Shown one piece after another: positions 1 to 8,944 of a stretch of DNA of 25,724 bases. The notes beneath the pieces are model-generated. The model was given only the letters and a program-made list of their open reading frames with translations. It ran no database searches and had not been told where the DNA came from. Source of the stretch: a virus (lineage: Duplodnaviria > Heunggongvirae > Uroviricota > Caudoviricetes); the IMG/VR virus record IMGVR_UViG_2778261058_000001. One strand, 5' to 3'. The translations under genes and the position numbers were made by a program. Within the stretch, counting starts at the first letter, position 1. Each line of letters starts with the position of its first letter.

Positions 1-1072
1 TGAAAATCCTCAGCGCATTAACACCACGGATTTTCAGTTCCCCGGTCATGGTGTCGCCGTCACGCTCAACAGCGCCTTTTGCCTTATCCATTGCGGCTTT
101 TACTGCCTTTGATGTGGCGGCGCGGTCTTCTGCGTCGCTGTCGGTGGAGTTGCTGTACTGCGCAAAGCCTTTCTCCTTCAGTGTTGCGTCCGGATGACGG
201 CGGGATTTTTCGTGCTCTGCCAGTGCATTGCTTTGTTCTTCATAGGGCGTCTGTGGACGTAAATCCTGTAAGCCTTCTGATGTCAGTTTCGCAAGTGGCG
301 CGACAAAGTGTCGGAAGCCGTTACCGTCTGTATAGGACGCATGTTCCTGGCGGGCGCAGAACGTAAAAACGGTATTCCATTCGCCGGTAACAAATCCCTG
401 CCAGCTTGCATCAATCCAAATGGTATCCCCGACCGCAGCCGGCAGGCTGTAAGGTTCGCGCAGACTGACGCGCAGACCTCCCACATAACCCACGCCGGCG
501 GCAACAGTAGCGGTACCATCCTGATAGCTGACCTGAAAACCATCCCCCAGAAAAGCGGCTTCACCGTAGTGATCAAACGCCAACAGCCGGCGGGCCTCAT
601 CCATTCCTGCAAGGCGTGCAGTGAAATCAATCTGCCAGACATCAGCACTGACATCGATATGCATTGCTGCGGCTGCGCCGTCAAACTCCATGGAAAATGT
701 GCGGATCAGGTTATTTCCCTGCACGCCGTTCGCTGTTTTAATTTTTTGCTGACGAGGTGTGTGCGCAATCATGCAGAGCACGCCGCTTTCTTCGTTCAGC
801 AGACCGATCCAGTTGTATTCGAAGTCGCCGACTGTCGTGTCCAGAATGATGGAAAACGCGGTCGCATTCGGCGACAGGAGGCCGTACTGGGTGACCGGCG
901 CACGATACTGAATCATGGATTCATCAGGGAGTATCTCATCGCGGGGGATCTCTGCGGATTCATCCTGTCCCGGAATATATGCAAAAACAAATGTATCCGG
1001 GCGCGCAGGTTTTCCACTGATGAGCTGATTCGCACACCAGTGTTCGTACTGTTCAGTAATAATCGTGCTCAT
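1..1072 (-). CDS. tail fiber protein, N-terminal part (P2 gpH-like); gene runs off the left edge
   Basis: ATG at 1072..1070 overlaps the stop of the upstream gene (ATGA) and the frame stays open to position 1. Translation MSTIITEQYEHWCANQ...AEHEKSRRHPDATLKEKGFAQYSNSTDS...KAVKAAMDKAKGA matches the conserved N-terminal region of P2-type tail fibers as I recall it (EHEQSRRHPDASL..KGF..KAVKAA). Absent from the ORF track because no stop lies in the window. Confidence 0.8.
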   Translation of the reverse strand, partial: MSTIITEQYEHWCANQLISGKPARPDTFVFAYIPGQDESAEIPRDEILPDESMIQYRAPVTQYGLLSPNATAFSIILDTTVGDFEYNWIGLLNEESGVLCMIAHTPRQQKIKTANGVQGNNLIRTFSMEFDGAAAAMHIDVSADVWQIDFTARLAGMDEARRLLAFDHYGEAAFLGDGFQVSYQDGTATVAAGVGYVGGLRVSLREPYSLPAAVGDTIWIDASWQGFVTGEWNTVFTFCARQEHASYTDGNGFRHFVAPLAKLTSEGLQDLRPQTPYEEQSNALAEHEKSRRHPDATLKEKGFAQYSNSTDSDAEDRAATSKAVKAAMDKAKGAVERDGDTMTGELKIRGVNALRIF

Positions 1073-1704
1073 GCTTCGTCTGCCTGTAATGTGTAATGCT
1101 CCACGGACAGGCCGTAATGTCCTGCCTGTAGCGAAGCGGTTAACCAGATGGTGTCCTTTCTCACCGTTGCTTCTGCTGTGTGATACCTGTAATGGCCATC
1201 AAATGTGCCGGCTGTCAGCCGGGCAGTGGTTGTATTGATTACCTGAAAGAAATAGCGCCTGCAGGTACGACCATACTGGCGCACGAGCTGCATCATCAGC
1301 GCGTTGTTTTCACTTAACTGGGTGTCATTAATGCGCAGTAAAATAACGTCCCAGTCATGCTGCAGTTGCCGTTCCAGTGTTTTAACGTCTCCCACGCCAA
1401 GACGCTTAAAGATGCGTTCGAAGCCGGCGCGTTCGCCAGAGTCCTGAGCGTTAATAAACGCGTGTTTCACCCTTAAGCGAAATAACGAAACCGGCTCCCC
1501 TTTAAATCGGGTGATATTGCGCTGATAAGCCAGCAGGTTAAGTAAAGGTTCTGCGCAGGTGTCGACATCAATCTGCTGTAGTGGCCACGTCAGCCAGCTG
1601 TATACCTTTTCCCAGTAGCGATGCGATGAATGTGCCAGCGTTAACGGCTCGCCTTTATTCATCCAGGTGGGGAGCGGAAATTCAGGGATCTCCGGAAGTT
1701 TCAC
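1069..1704 (-). CDS. baseplate/tail protein, P2 gpI-like
   Basis: 211-aa ORF, start overlaps the upstream stop (ATGA). Sits between the J-like gene and the tail fiber as in P2 (J-I-H). Segment WLTWPLQQIDVDTCAEPLLNLLAYQR resembles the Tail_P2_I family motif from memory. Confidence 0.5.
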   Translation of the reverse strand: MKLPEIPEFPLPTWMNKGEPLTLAHSSHRYWEKVYSWLTWPLQQIDVDTCAEPLLNLLAYQRNITRFKGEPVSLFRLRVKHAFINAQDSGERAGFERIFKRLGVGDVKTLERQLQHDWDVILLRINDTQLSENNALMMQLVRQYGRTCRRYFFQVINTTTARLTAGTFDGHYRYHTAEATVRKDTIWLTASLQAGHYGLSVEHYTLQADEA

Positions 1705-2888
1705 GCGCTCACCTCCACAGTAAGGGATTCCAGACGGGGAACGGCCAGATCACTGAGAATATCCGGAAGAGAAAACGTAACCGACTCCACCTGTGGAAAT
1801 ACCTGGTGGATCTCTTCGCCCAGTCTGGACATGCTGAAACGGCTGTACGGCCATGTTTTCTGAACGTCATAATCGCTGTTTTCGCGAAATGCGCAGCGAA
1901 CCAGGTTTTCCACATTGCGCAATAACATCTGAATTTCCTCATCGCTGAGGTTCAGTGTTGCATACAGCCAGAGAGTCACGGTCAGGGTGTGGCGCGTTTC
2001 AGGCATGGAAAAACAGCGCAGATCATCACCGTGTCCGTGGTGGCCCTCATCGTTAATAAATGCGTTAACTGCATCAACGAACGGTTCGGATGCGATGCCG
2101 GTATCCAGCAGAATGTAAGCATTTGCTGTGCCGGGGCCGCGTGGTGCGTCATGCAGAAAATAGATGCGGTCGGCACTGATACCGGCAACGCCGGCAATTA
2201 ATCCCCGGTAAACGGCATCGGTGTGATAAGCGCCGGCAAGGTTAAACTGATTGCGAACACGATCACGCAGCTCGTCATCGCTTTCTTCGTTGGCCCCCGG
2301 TGTTGTCAGCCAGTTTTCATCGTTCTCAACGCCGGCAATACCATCAATCGCCACCGGAAGGATGCGGTAATATCCCGGCGCAAGGTTAAAGCCGGCTCCG
2401 GCCTGTTCCGCAGAAACATCGATATTCATGCTGAGTGTTCCTGCCGGAATAACGGTATCCCTGACAACGGTCAGCGTATAAATCACGCCGTTAATGCGTT
2501 CTGTCTGAATCTGCGTACCGGCCGACACGGTAACTGCGCGATCAATGTCGTTTTTGGTGAAACGAATCACGCCGGCTGCGTGCGTGGCGGCCTTGCGTTG
2601 AAGGTTTACCGCCCAGGCAAAAACATCAACGAATACACCGCTGGCATCAGCCAGAAACAGGTTTTTCATCACCACATTAACCAGCGCATCTTTCAGCCAC
2701 ATCACGGGTTTTGTGGTGATAGCTGTAATCAGTCGCCAGAACGGCGACATGCGGGATGTGTTGGTGATAAGCCCTTCGTCTTTGACAATGGCTTCAAATT
2801 CAGCACGTGCCTGTTCTTCGGTTACCGGCATGCCATTATCAGCCAGAATGCGCTCGTAATCTGCGGTAGGTTTGCCGTTAATCATCAA
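1701..2888 (-). CDS. baseplate J-like protein (gp6/gpJ family)
   Basis: 395-aa ORF; ATGATG start at 2888/2885 overlaps the upstream stop by 11 nt. Position after the W-like gene and before I and H; central and C-terminal regions look like baseplate-J proteins by eye. Confidence 0.6.
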   Translation of the reverse strand: MMINGKPTADYERILADNGMPVTEEQARAEFEAIVKDEGLITNTSRMSPFWRLITAITTKPVMWLKDALVNVVMKNLFLADASGVFVDVFAWAVNLQRKAATHAAGVIRFTKNDIDRAVTVSAGTQIQTERINGVIYTLTVVRDTVIPAGTLSMNIDVSAEQAGAGFNLAPGYYRILPVAIDGIAGVENDENWLTTPGANEESDDELRDRVRNQFNLAGAYHTDAVYRGLIAGVAGISADRIYFLHDAPRGPGTANAYILLDTGIASEPFVDAVNAFINDEGHHGHGDDLRCFSMPETRHTLTVTLWLYATLNLSDEEIQMLLRNVENLVRCAFRENSDYDVQKTWPYSRFSMSRLGEEIHQVFPQVESVTFSLPDILSDLAVPRLESLTVEVSA

Positions 2889-3228
2889 GAGATACCGTAA
2901 AAGTCAGGGGTTCAAAAAAATCTTCGGTGTGGGCGCTAATCAGCAGGCGACCAGAAAGCGGGGTTTCTTCTGTCACACTGACCGTGCCGGGTGTGATGCG
3001 CTCATCATCTTCAATCAGCAGTGTCATCTGCATCATGATGTCGGCACGAAGCGTCGGGCTTTTTTCAGCCAGCAGGCGCGTTGCCAGTCCGCTTTCAATG
3101 ATGGCGTGCTGGCAGTCCTGGGCAATACTTTCCCTGTTGTTGCATAACACCGGCTCACTGGCGCTGTTCAGCGTGAGATTGCGGCCGGTGATGAGCAAAT
3201 CAATGTAAAGCGGTTTATCAGTATGCAT
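2878..3228 (-). CDS. small baseplate protein in the gpW position (116 aa)
   Basis: Track ORF 2878..3366 trimmed to the ATG at 3228..3226, which overlaps the tape-measure stop (ATGCATACTGA, out of frame). Size and position match P2 gpW (115 aa), but I see no clear GP25/W motif, so the function is positional only. Confidence 0.4.
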   Translation of the reverse strand: MHTDKPLYIDLLITGRNLTLNSASEPVLCNNRESIAQDCQHAIIESGLATRLLAEKSPTLRADIMMQMTLLIEDDERITPGTVSVTEETPLSGRLLISAHTEDFFEPLTFTVSLDD

Positions 3229-5314
3229 GCAGCTCCATCCACTCGTTAAGACGGGCAGGGGATGGATCCTGCACATTGACGTTAACCACACGACGGGAGT
3301 TGTCGATGGTGGTTTGCTTTTCGCTGTTGTTCTGCATCTCTGCCGCAATGCCGCCCGGTCCCGCACTGATGGCTTTGCCGCCGGTTAATACGGAGCCTTC
3401 GCCACTTCCTGTGCTTTCTGATGTGCCGATGTTAACGCCGGGGATCATGTTGAGTTTGTCCACAATCCAGCCCCATGAATCACTGAAGGACTGTTTCACC
3501 AGTTCCCAGAGGTTGCTGAAAATATTCAGTATGCCGCCCGCGAGATCCTTCAGGGCATCCAGTGGTGAATGGGTGGAAAAATAGTTAACCAGTGCATTCC
3601 AGCCATCCCTGATTGCACTCCATGCATTGCCGAACCACGCCCCCATGCTGTTAATGATGCCGGCAACCCACTGAAATGCAGCGGTATCCATCAGTGCAGC
3701 TTTGATTTCATCCCAGCGGGTAATCAGGAAATAAATGCCCACACCCAGCGCAGCCAGTGCCAGGATGATTAATGTGATGGGGCTGAAAAGTAACTGTGTT
3801 GCAATTGCGGCTCCGCTGGTGACTGCGGAATAAATCCCCATGGCAACAGAAACGGCTGATAATGCTGCTGCCTGCAGGAGCATTCCGGCACGTTGTAGGC
3901 CCATCAATAGCAGTTGTGCTCTGGCGCGAATATTCATCACTCCCATGGCGATGTTTATTGCCAGATATATTGCTCTTACCATGCGGGCGGCAGCACAGAA
4001 CGCAAGCATAACCACTCTCATTGTGCGATACAGAAAAACGATTAATTTCAGTGGGGCGATGACGGCCATCCAGACCATGCGTAATCCCACCCAGATAAAT
4101 TTCGCAACCCCCATTACGACATTGACCGTTGCGCCAACCGCCGCAACACCAATAAGTGCCGCGCTTAATAAGCCGATTGCGCGAGTGATGTTTGGATACA
4201 GGCGTAACCAGGCAACAAAGGATTTACCGCCTTCGTTGCTTTTCTGGATAAACGGGTACAGAACAGGCAACAACTGCGTGCCAATTTCGATGCGAATGCC
4301 GTTAATAATTGCAGCGGCCTGTTCCCATGGATCAGCCATGGCCTGCGCCATTTCGACAGCCTTATCCATACCTTTGATATTGCCCAGCGTGGCGATATTC
4401 TTTTCAAGTCCGCCAATGTCCGCATTGAGTAATTTAATCATGGCCACAGCTTCATCGGAGCCAAAGGCGCTTTTCAGCAAATCGGAATCAGCCACTTTTG
4501 ACAGATCACCAAATTTACCCCTGATAAGTTTCATGATCTCGACAACACTTTTCATCGTGCCGTCTTTATTCACGAAATTAAGCCCCAGCTTTTTCTGGGC
4601 GCTGCCTACTGCGGCAAGAAATGCCTTGTACTTTGTCCCGGCCTCGCTGCCACTCATGGTGGCCTGCAGTTGTCCCAGCACGGCGAACTGTTCAGCCGCA
4701 TCAATACCGGCCGCTTTTGCACTGGCACCCAGCGTGGTGAACGCCGCTGACATGTTATCGCCGGTTGTTTTAAACATTTGCACGGCGGTGGCGGTTTGCC
4801 CGGCGACCTGCTCCACCCATTTGCTTTTTCCCATGGCATCAGCCTGGTCTTTAAAGATGCCGTACATGGTGCCCATGTAGGCGGTAATGGTCTGGCTGCT
4901 GGATTTGGTTGCTGCTGCCACCGTTGCTGATGCGGTGGTGAAGCGGGACAGCTCATCGTCAGTTAACCCGGCAATGGCTGACTGGATGTCGTAAGAAGCA
5001 CGCACAAAATCCTGCGCAGCCCCGCCGTATTCCATAGTGAAATCAACGGCGGCGCGGCTGAGTTTACGCAATCCGGACTCTGCGACGCCCAGTGATTTCA
5101 CCTCACCGAGCGCCCTGTCCATTTCAATGGCTGGCATCAATGCCCCCTGAATAGCTGCTCCCACTCCCCAGAGCGCAGCGCCTCCGGTAGCAATGTCCCG
5201 AAAGGCTCCCCGACTTGTTGCAGCAAATCCCTGAACCTGTCGCCCGGCTGCACGCAACGGCCTTGTCAGGCGGTCTGTCAGTTCAAGAAGTAATTCAAGG
5301 CGCTGTTGTGACAT
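3218..5314 (-). CDS. tail tape measure protein
   Basis: 698-aa ORF. Ala/Gly-rich helical N-terminal half, central hydrophobic membrane-like block (LLSAALIGVAAVGATVNVVMGVAKFIWVGLRMVWMAVIAPL...), Gly-rich C-terminus. Lies directly after the frameshifting chaperone, the canonical position. Confidence 0.85.
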   Translation of the reverse strand: MSQQRLELLLELTDRLTRPLRAAGRQVQGFAATSRGAFRDIATGGAALWGVGAAIQGALMPAIEMDRALGEVKSLGVAESGLRKLSRAAVDFTMEYGGAAQDFVRASYDIQSAIAGLTDDELSRFTTASATVAAATKSSSQTITAYMGTMYGIFKDQADAMGKSKWVEQVAGQTATAVQMFKTTGDNMSAAFTTLGASAKAAGIDAAEQFAVLGQLQATMSGSEAGTKYKAFLAAVGSAQKKLGLNFVNKDGTMKSVVEIMKLIRGKFGDLSKVADSDLLKSAFGSDEAVAMIKLLNADIGGLEKNIATLGNIKGMDKAVEMAQAMADPWEQAAAIINGIRIEIGTQLLPVLYPFIQKSNEGGKSFVAWLRLYPNITRAIGLLSAALIGVAAVGATVNVVMGVAKFIWVGLRMVWMAVIAPLKLIVFLYRTMRVVMLAFCAAARMVRAIYLAINIAMGVMNIRARAQLLLMGLQRAGMLLQAAALSAVSVAMGIYSAVTSGAAIATQLLFSPITLIILALAALGVGIYFLITRWDEIKAALMDTAAFQWVAGIINSMGAWFGNAWSAIRDGWNALVNYFSTHSPLDALKDLAGGILNIFSNLWELVKQSFSDSWGWIVDKLNMIPGVNIGTSESTGSGEGSVLTGGKAISAGPGGIAAEMQNNSEKQTTIDNSRRVVNVNVQDPSPARLNEWMELHAY

Positions 5315-5316
5315 TA

Positions 5317-5510
5317 CGATCCCTTAAAAGCACGGATAATGCCGTTATTGACGGCGATGCCCATATTTTCCCAGTAGTGGTTATCCAGCCAGACGGCGGC
5401 AGCCAGTGACTGCGGCGAGTCATCCTCGCCGGGCAGCCAGTGGCGGCGCAGGATCAGCATCCGGGTAAGGTCATTGCGATCAATGGCCCCCAGATGGCTT
5501 TTTATTTTTT
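5317..5510 (-). CDS. -1 frameshift extension of the tail chaperone (E'-like / GT-like long form)
   Basis: After a -1 slip on A_AAA_AAA (minus-strand 5510..5504) the frame reads IKSHLGAIDRNDLTRMLILRRHWLPGEDDSPQSLAAAVWLDNHYWENMGIAVNNGIIRAFKGS (64 codons, no stop). It ends at TAA 5316..5314, sharing one base with the tape-measure ATG (TAATG). Translated by hand. Confidence 0.65.
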
Positions 5511-5795
5511 TACGGTGATTTCCACTTCCGGCACAAACTCGTTATTCACGGCTGTTGCCAGGCTGGCCGGCATTCCTGGTTTTTCCAGCAACTGGTTCAG
5601 CAGATCGCGGTGCTCTTTAATCACGATGCGGCGCAGGTAGTTTTTCAGCGGCGCGATTTTGTTATCCGGCATGAAGTCGTTCTGCAGATCGTTGTAGGCT
5701 TTAACGGTCGGGATAAACGTCAGTTCATGCTCGCCGACCTGCAAAGTGATGGTGTTCTCTGCGGTAGTCTGGGTGTTTTTATCGTTCATCATCAT
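5502..5795 (-). CDS. tail assembly chaperone, short form (E/G-like)
   Basis: 97-aa acidic ORF starting ATGATGATG with an AAAAGGAA ribosome-binding site, located between the tube gene and the tape measure gene. Ends GTA AAA AAA TAA on a slippery A-run. Confidence 0.7.
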   Translation of the reverse strand: MMMNDKNTQTTAENTITLQVGEHELTFIPTVKAYNDLQNDFMPDNKIAPLKNYLRRIVIKEHRDLLNQLLEKPGMPASLATAVNNEFVPEVEITVKK

Positions 5796-5820
5796 TTCCT
5801 TTTAAAGTCAAGAATAAGAG

Positions 5821-5853
5821 GGCTTAATAAGCCTGCAGGAAGGCTTATTAAGC
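5821..5853 (-). terminator. hairpin with U-rich tail between peptidase gene and chaperone gene
   Basis: 12-bp inverted repeat GGCTTAATAAGC / GCTTATTAAGCC with an 8-nt loop; on the minus-strand RNA it is followed by UCUUAUUCUUGACUUU and then the chaperone ribosome-binding site. Confidence 0.5.
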
Positions 5854-5859
5854 GTAAAA

Positions 5860-6201
5860 TCAGCGCACGCCGTCGTGCTCAAGGCTGAAATGATTGCCAT
5901 CCGGGCGGTTTTTAAAACGACCGCCCCATGCGCCACCAAGGGATTCCCAGTACTCGCCCAGCTCGCGGTAGGCCTCTGTGCGGGTCTGATATTCACCGTT
6001 AATAAACAGGTTAAAATCCACGGCCAGCCGCTGACAGTGCAGGCTGTTGGCAATGCCTGATCCCTTTTGTGCGTTGAGTTTTGCCTGTTCTGGCGTGCGG
6101 TACGCTTCACCGAACGTCAGGCCATAACCGCGCTGATGGGCAAACTGGATGAGTTTTCCGATCATGACGGTAAATTGTTGTTGCTTATCGGAGAGTTTCA
6201 T
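5860..6201 (-). CDS. M15-family zinc peptidase, probable endolysin
   Basis: 113-aa ORF with strong ribosome-binding site AAGGAGCAAAAATG. Motifs SLHCQRLAVDFNL and DGNHFSLEH fit the His/Asp/His zinc-binding pattern of small M15 peptidases; no signal peptide. Confidence 0.7.
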   Translation of the reverse strand: MKLSDKQQQFTVMIGKLIQFAHQRGYGLTFGEAYRTPEQAKLNAQKGSGIANSLHCQRLAVDFNLFINGEYQTRTEAYRELGEYWESLGGAWGGRFKNRPDGNHFSLEHDGVR

Positions 6202-6305
6202 TTTTGCTCCTTATGAGGTTGCTGAGGTTTGCGCAGCCAGTACCACAGTGCCCGGATAATTTTCCAGGCAATGGCGGCAGCTTTTTGTTCCCTGCGGGAC
6301 AGCAT
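6198..6305 (-). CDS. possible 35-aa amphipathic peptide between holin-like and peptidase genes
   Basis: ATG at 6305..6303, 5 nt after the holin-like stop; ends in TGA overlapping the peptidase ATG (ATGA). Translation MLSRREQKAAAIAWKIIRALWYWLRKPQQPHKEQK. Below the ORF-track size cutoff; coding status uncertain. Confidence 0.3.
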   Translation of the reverse strand: MLSRREQKAAAIAWKIIRALWYWLRKPQQPHKEQK

Positions 6306-6310
6306 TGCTG

Positions 6311-6607
6311 TTACTCCTCTTTGTTCTCTTTCTCGCCCAGCTTCCGGCGCATATGACGCAGGAAGATTTCAACAATCTGGTAACCGGCAACGCCCATTGC
6401 GGTGCCTGCGCCGGCAATGGCCAGTGGGTCAAGGTTCGGGTAGCGAACCAGCAGGGCAGCGGCAGAAACACCCAGCGCGCTCCCCAGCAGGGTTCGGCCC
6501 ACAAACAACCGCAACGTAATCGGCTCTGCGCCAGCCAGCACCCGACTTGCGGCAGCGATTCCGCCCAGAATGCCCAGAGTGATAATGGTGCGCTCATGCT
6601 CCTGCAT
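6311..6607 (-). CDS. holin-like small membrane protein
   Basis: 98 aa with three predicted hydrophobic helices (ITLGILGGIAAASRVLAGA; LRLFVGRTLLGSALGVSAAALLV; LAIAGAGTAMGVAGYQIVEIF) and a charged C-terminus RRKLGEKENKEE; sits just upstream of the peptidase gene. Confidence 0.5.
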   Translation of the reverse strand: MQEHERTIITLGILGGIAAASRVLAGAEPITLRLFVGRTLLGSALGVSAAALLVRYPNLDPLAIAGAGTAMGVAGYQIVEIFLRHMRRKLGEKENKEE

Positions 6608-6610
6608 GGT

Positions 6611-7066
6611 TCACCCCATCAGTCCGCGCACGTCGTTCTCTGAGAGAACGGGCACGCCGTTGATACGCACAAAGTCAGGGCTTGCCACCACGTACTTGAT
6701 TTTGTGCGTGGTCAGATCTGCGCTCTCGGTGTCAATGCTTAACAGGCCGGAAAGCATCAGCTCACAACCGAAGGCTTCAACGCGGATTTCTTCGCTTCCC
6801 GTATTGGCGTAAAACACAAAATCCATTGGCGGCAGATCGCGCCACGATCCCGCCTGAGCAGCCACTTCCCCGAGCTGGTTAAAGCTGCGGGTACTCATTT
6901 CGATTTCACCTTCGGCACTGACAGGGCCGCGCAGTTTGCCGTCAGGGATGCCACGGGTTTTGGCAACGGCGCTTTCATCGCTGATGTCCAGTGAGATGCT
7001 TTTCACATGGATATCCGTTCCACCGATAAAGGTGTCAAACGCCATGCCGTTAATGCGGGTCGTCAT
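6611..7066 (-). CDS. tail tube protein
   Basis: 151-aa ORF directly after the sheath gene (ATGA overlap at 7063..7066); size and position are typical of contractile-tail tube proteins. Confidence 0.7.
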   Translation of the reverse strand: MTTRINGMAFDTFIGGTDIHVKSISLDISDESAVAKTRGIPDGKLRGPVSAEGEIEMSTRSFNQLGEVAAQAGSWRDLPPMDFVFYANTGSEEIRVEAFGCELMLSGLLSIDTESADLTTHKIKYVVASPDFVRINGVPVLSENDVRGLMG

Positions 7067-8211
7067 GCGTTTTCCTCCAGAGATTTATCCAGCTGAATGC
7101 CCACTTTGATGGTTTTAGGGCAGGCGTAAGGGCGGACGACAATGCTGATGCTGACCGTCTTTTCGTCCTGCCAGGTGATAACCACGTCGCCTTTCTGAGG
7201 CGATTTCACTTCGCCCGGAAACGTGATGCCGTTAATTTGCATGGATTTCGCCATGGCACGCAATGGGCGGGCAAACAGCGTTTCATGTGCGGCAATGCTG
7301 CCCGGCGTGCTGTTCAGTGAGCGATCGGCAATTTTGGGGATGGCCATCAGCCGCACGCGGCGCGCCACCTTATCAGCAATGCGGACATGCTCAATGACGT
7401 TGTAGTCCCCGCCTTCCACCTCAAGTGTTACACCGTCAGCCCAGTAAAGGCCGTCATAGTCGGCATACCACATGGGCACGCTGTAGCGGGCGGTTGCCAG
7501 TGCCTGCAGAGTGTCGAGATCAATTGCCTGCCCTGCGCTGTCTTTCGGGCGTTCCGTGGTCTTCAGTGCGGACAGCGCCCCGGTTGCCACACGTGCCGGA
7601 CTGTCAGCAATGGTGACGGCGCTGTTACACAGGCGACCGGCAAGAACGCCCGGTTCAAATCCAAAAATCTCCGGAACCAGCATGACCTGCGGGGCTGCAA
7701 TGCCTTTCTGTAGTTCGGTCAGTTTGGCAACGTATTCCGCCCAGGTTTTACTGTTGTCGTTGGCGGCGATGGTCAGGATGAACCAGATGCGGCGCTGATA
7801 TTTATTGATGATGGTCTGACGTAACGCCTGTATGGCGTTGATGTCATCCTTCGTGCTGACCGGCTCGGTGATCACCACGCCTTCAACTGAAACAGTTTCC
7901 TGAGCCGCCAGTATGGCGTTCTGCCATACCTGGCAGGCTGGCGTTGCTTCTTTGCCTTTGCCGGCTTCCGGCAGAACGGCAACATAGAAAAAGGCATTCT
8001 GTCCGGCATTGGTCAGTGCAGACTGAAGGAAGTTCTTCAGCGGGCTGGCGTTCTTTCCCAGTAGCTCATCCAGATCGCTGTTGGCATTAACCGGCAGAAC
8101 CTCACCTTTGTTGTTTTGTGCATTGCCCACAAACAGCAGCGTATTTTCCACGCCGTCCGGCGAGCTACTGAACGTGTTGTACTGTTCAATTGTGACAGAT
8201 GGCCAGGTCAT
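7063..8211 (-). CDS. tail sheath protein
   Basis: Track ORF 7063..8343 trimmed to the ATG at 8211..8209 (MTWPSVTIEQ...), which has a GGAGA ribosome-binding site and avoids overlap with the upstream gene. About 382 aa, directly upstream of the tube gene. Confidence 0.75.
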   Translation of the reverse strand: MTWPSVTIEQYNTFSSSPDGVENTLLFVGNAQNNKGEVLPVNANSDLDELLGKNASPLKNFLQSALTNAGQNAFFYVAVLPEAGKGKEATPACQVWQNAILAAQETVSVEGVVITEPVSTKDDINAIQALRQTIINKYQRRIWFILTIAANDNSKTWAEYVAKLTELQKGIAAPQVMLVPEIFGFEPGVLAGRLCNSAVTIADSPARVATGALSALKTTERPKDSAGQAIDLDTLQALATARYSVPMWYADYDGLYWADGVTLEVEGGDYNVIEHVRIADKVARRVRLMAIPKIADRSLNSTPGSIAAHETLFARPLRAMAKSMQINGITFPGEVKSPQKGDVVITWQDEKTVSISIVVRPYACPKTIKVGIQLDKSLEENA

Positions 8212-8230
8212 AATTTGTCTCCTGATTTTG

Positions 8231-8944
8231 TTATCTCGTGCCGCCGTAATGCAGGCTGCGCAGCTGCGCTTCCAGAATGCGGGCAAATTCAGCGTTACTG
8301 GCTCCCAGAAATGCGCGGGAGGGAATTTTGATTTCCCATACACGTTTTTTCTGCTCGCCTTTCAGAATGCTGATCACCAGCCCGGCCTGCGCCATACTCA
8401 TGTTTTCCATAATCCATTTCAGGGAAGGTTTTCTGTATCCCCTGCGTCCGGTTTTTTTGCTGGCCGCGCCGACGGGGGCGCGAAAGCCCAGAGAAAGAAG
8501 GCGTTCTGCCTGCCGTCGTGTGGCGGGACGGGTGCGCATGGCTTCGCTGTCCCGGCGTTTTGTGGCGCGGCCTTTGATGGTTGCGCCGTGCTGTTGCACC
8601 CACGCAACTGCCCCACCATGAGAGCCGGTGTTGTAATCCCCTTTTTTGAAGAAAAGGCGGACACTTTTCCCGCTGCCGTCAACCCTGATGGCCAGCAGTT
8701 TCGGCAGTCCCAGCAGCATTTTGTTTTTATACCTGCCGCTGGCTTTATCCGGTCTTTTTCGTGGTGCCCAGGCTGCCCCCTCCGGTGTTCGCTGTGCTTT
8801 CACATTGCGTCGTGCAGCCGGTATCAGGCCGTATTTCGCAATGCGAACCAACAGCTTTCTGGCCTTTGCCGGCGGAAGTTCTGCCTCTCTGATGGCGCGA
8901 CGAACCTGCCGGAGTTGTGACTCGTTAATCACGGGGCGCGTCAT
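8231..8944 (-). CDS. virion morphogenesis / tail completion protein, P2 gpS-like
   Basis: 237-aa basic protein between the R-like gene and the sheath gene; resembles the phage virion morphogenesis family by eye; ATGA overlap with the upstream gene at 8941..8944. Confidence 0.6.
   Translation of the reverse strand: MTRPVINESQLRQVRRAIREAELPPAKARKLLVRIAKYGLIPAARRNVKAQRTPEGAAWAPRKRPDKASGRYKNKMLLGLPKLLAIRVDGSGKSVRLFFKKGDYNTGSHGGAVAWVQQHGATIKGRATKRRDSEAMRTRPATRRQAERLLSLGFRAPVGAASKKTGRRGYRKPSLKWIMENMSMAQAGLVISILKGEQKKRVWEIKIPSRAFLGASNAEFARILEAQLRSLHYGGTR

Noticed and set aside
308-1096. 262-aa plus-strand ORF in the track
   Set aside because: Antisense to the convincingly homologous tail fiber gene; Cys/Arg-rich composition unlike a real protein; no ribosome-binding site.
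3840-4880. 346-aa plus-strand ORF
   Set aside because: Lies wholly antisense within the tape measure gene; low-complexity Ala/Ser/Pro-rich translation typical of the reverse strand of a GC-rich gene.
5808-6110. 100-aa minus-strand ORF embedded out of frame in the M15 peptidase gene, considered as an Rz1-like o-spanin
   Set aside because: N-terminus is highly charged with no signal peptide; LPTAC is not a canonical lipobox (Pro at -3); not proline-rich.
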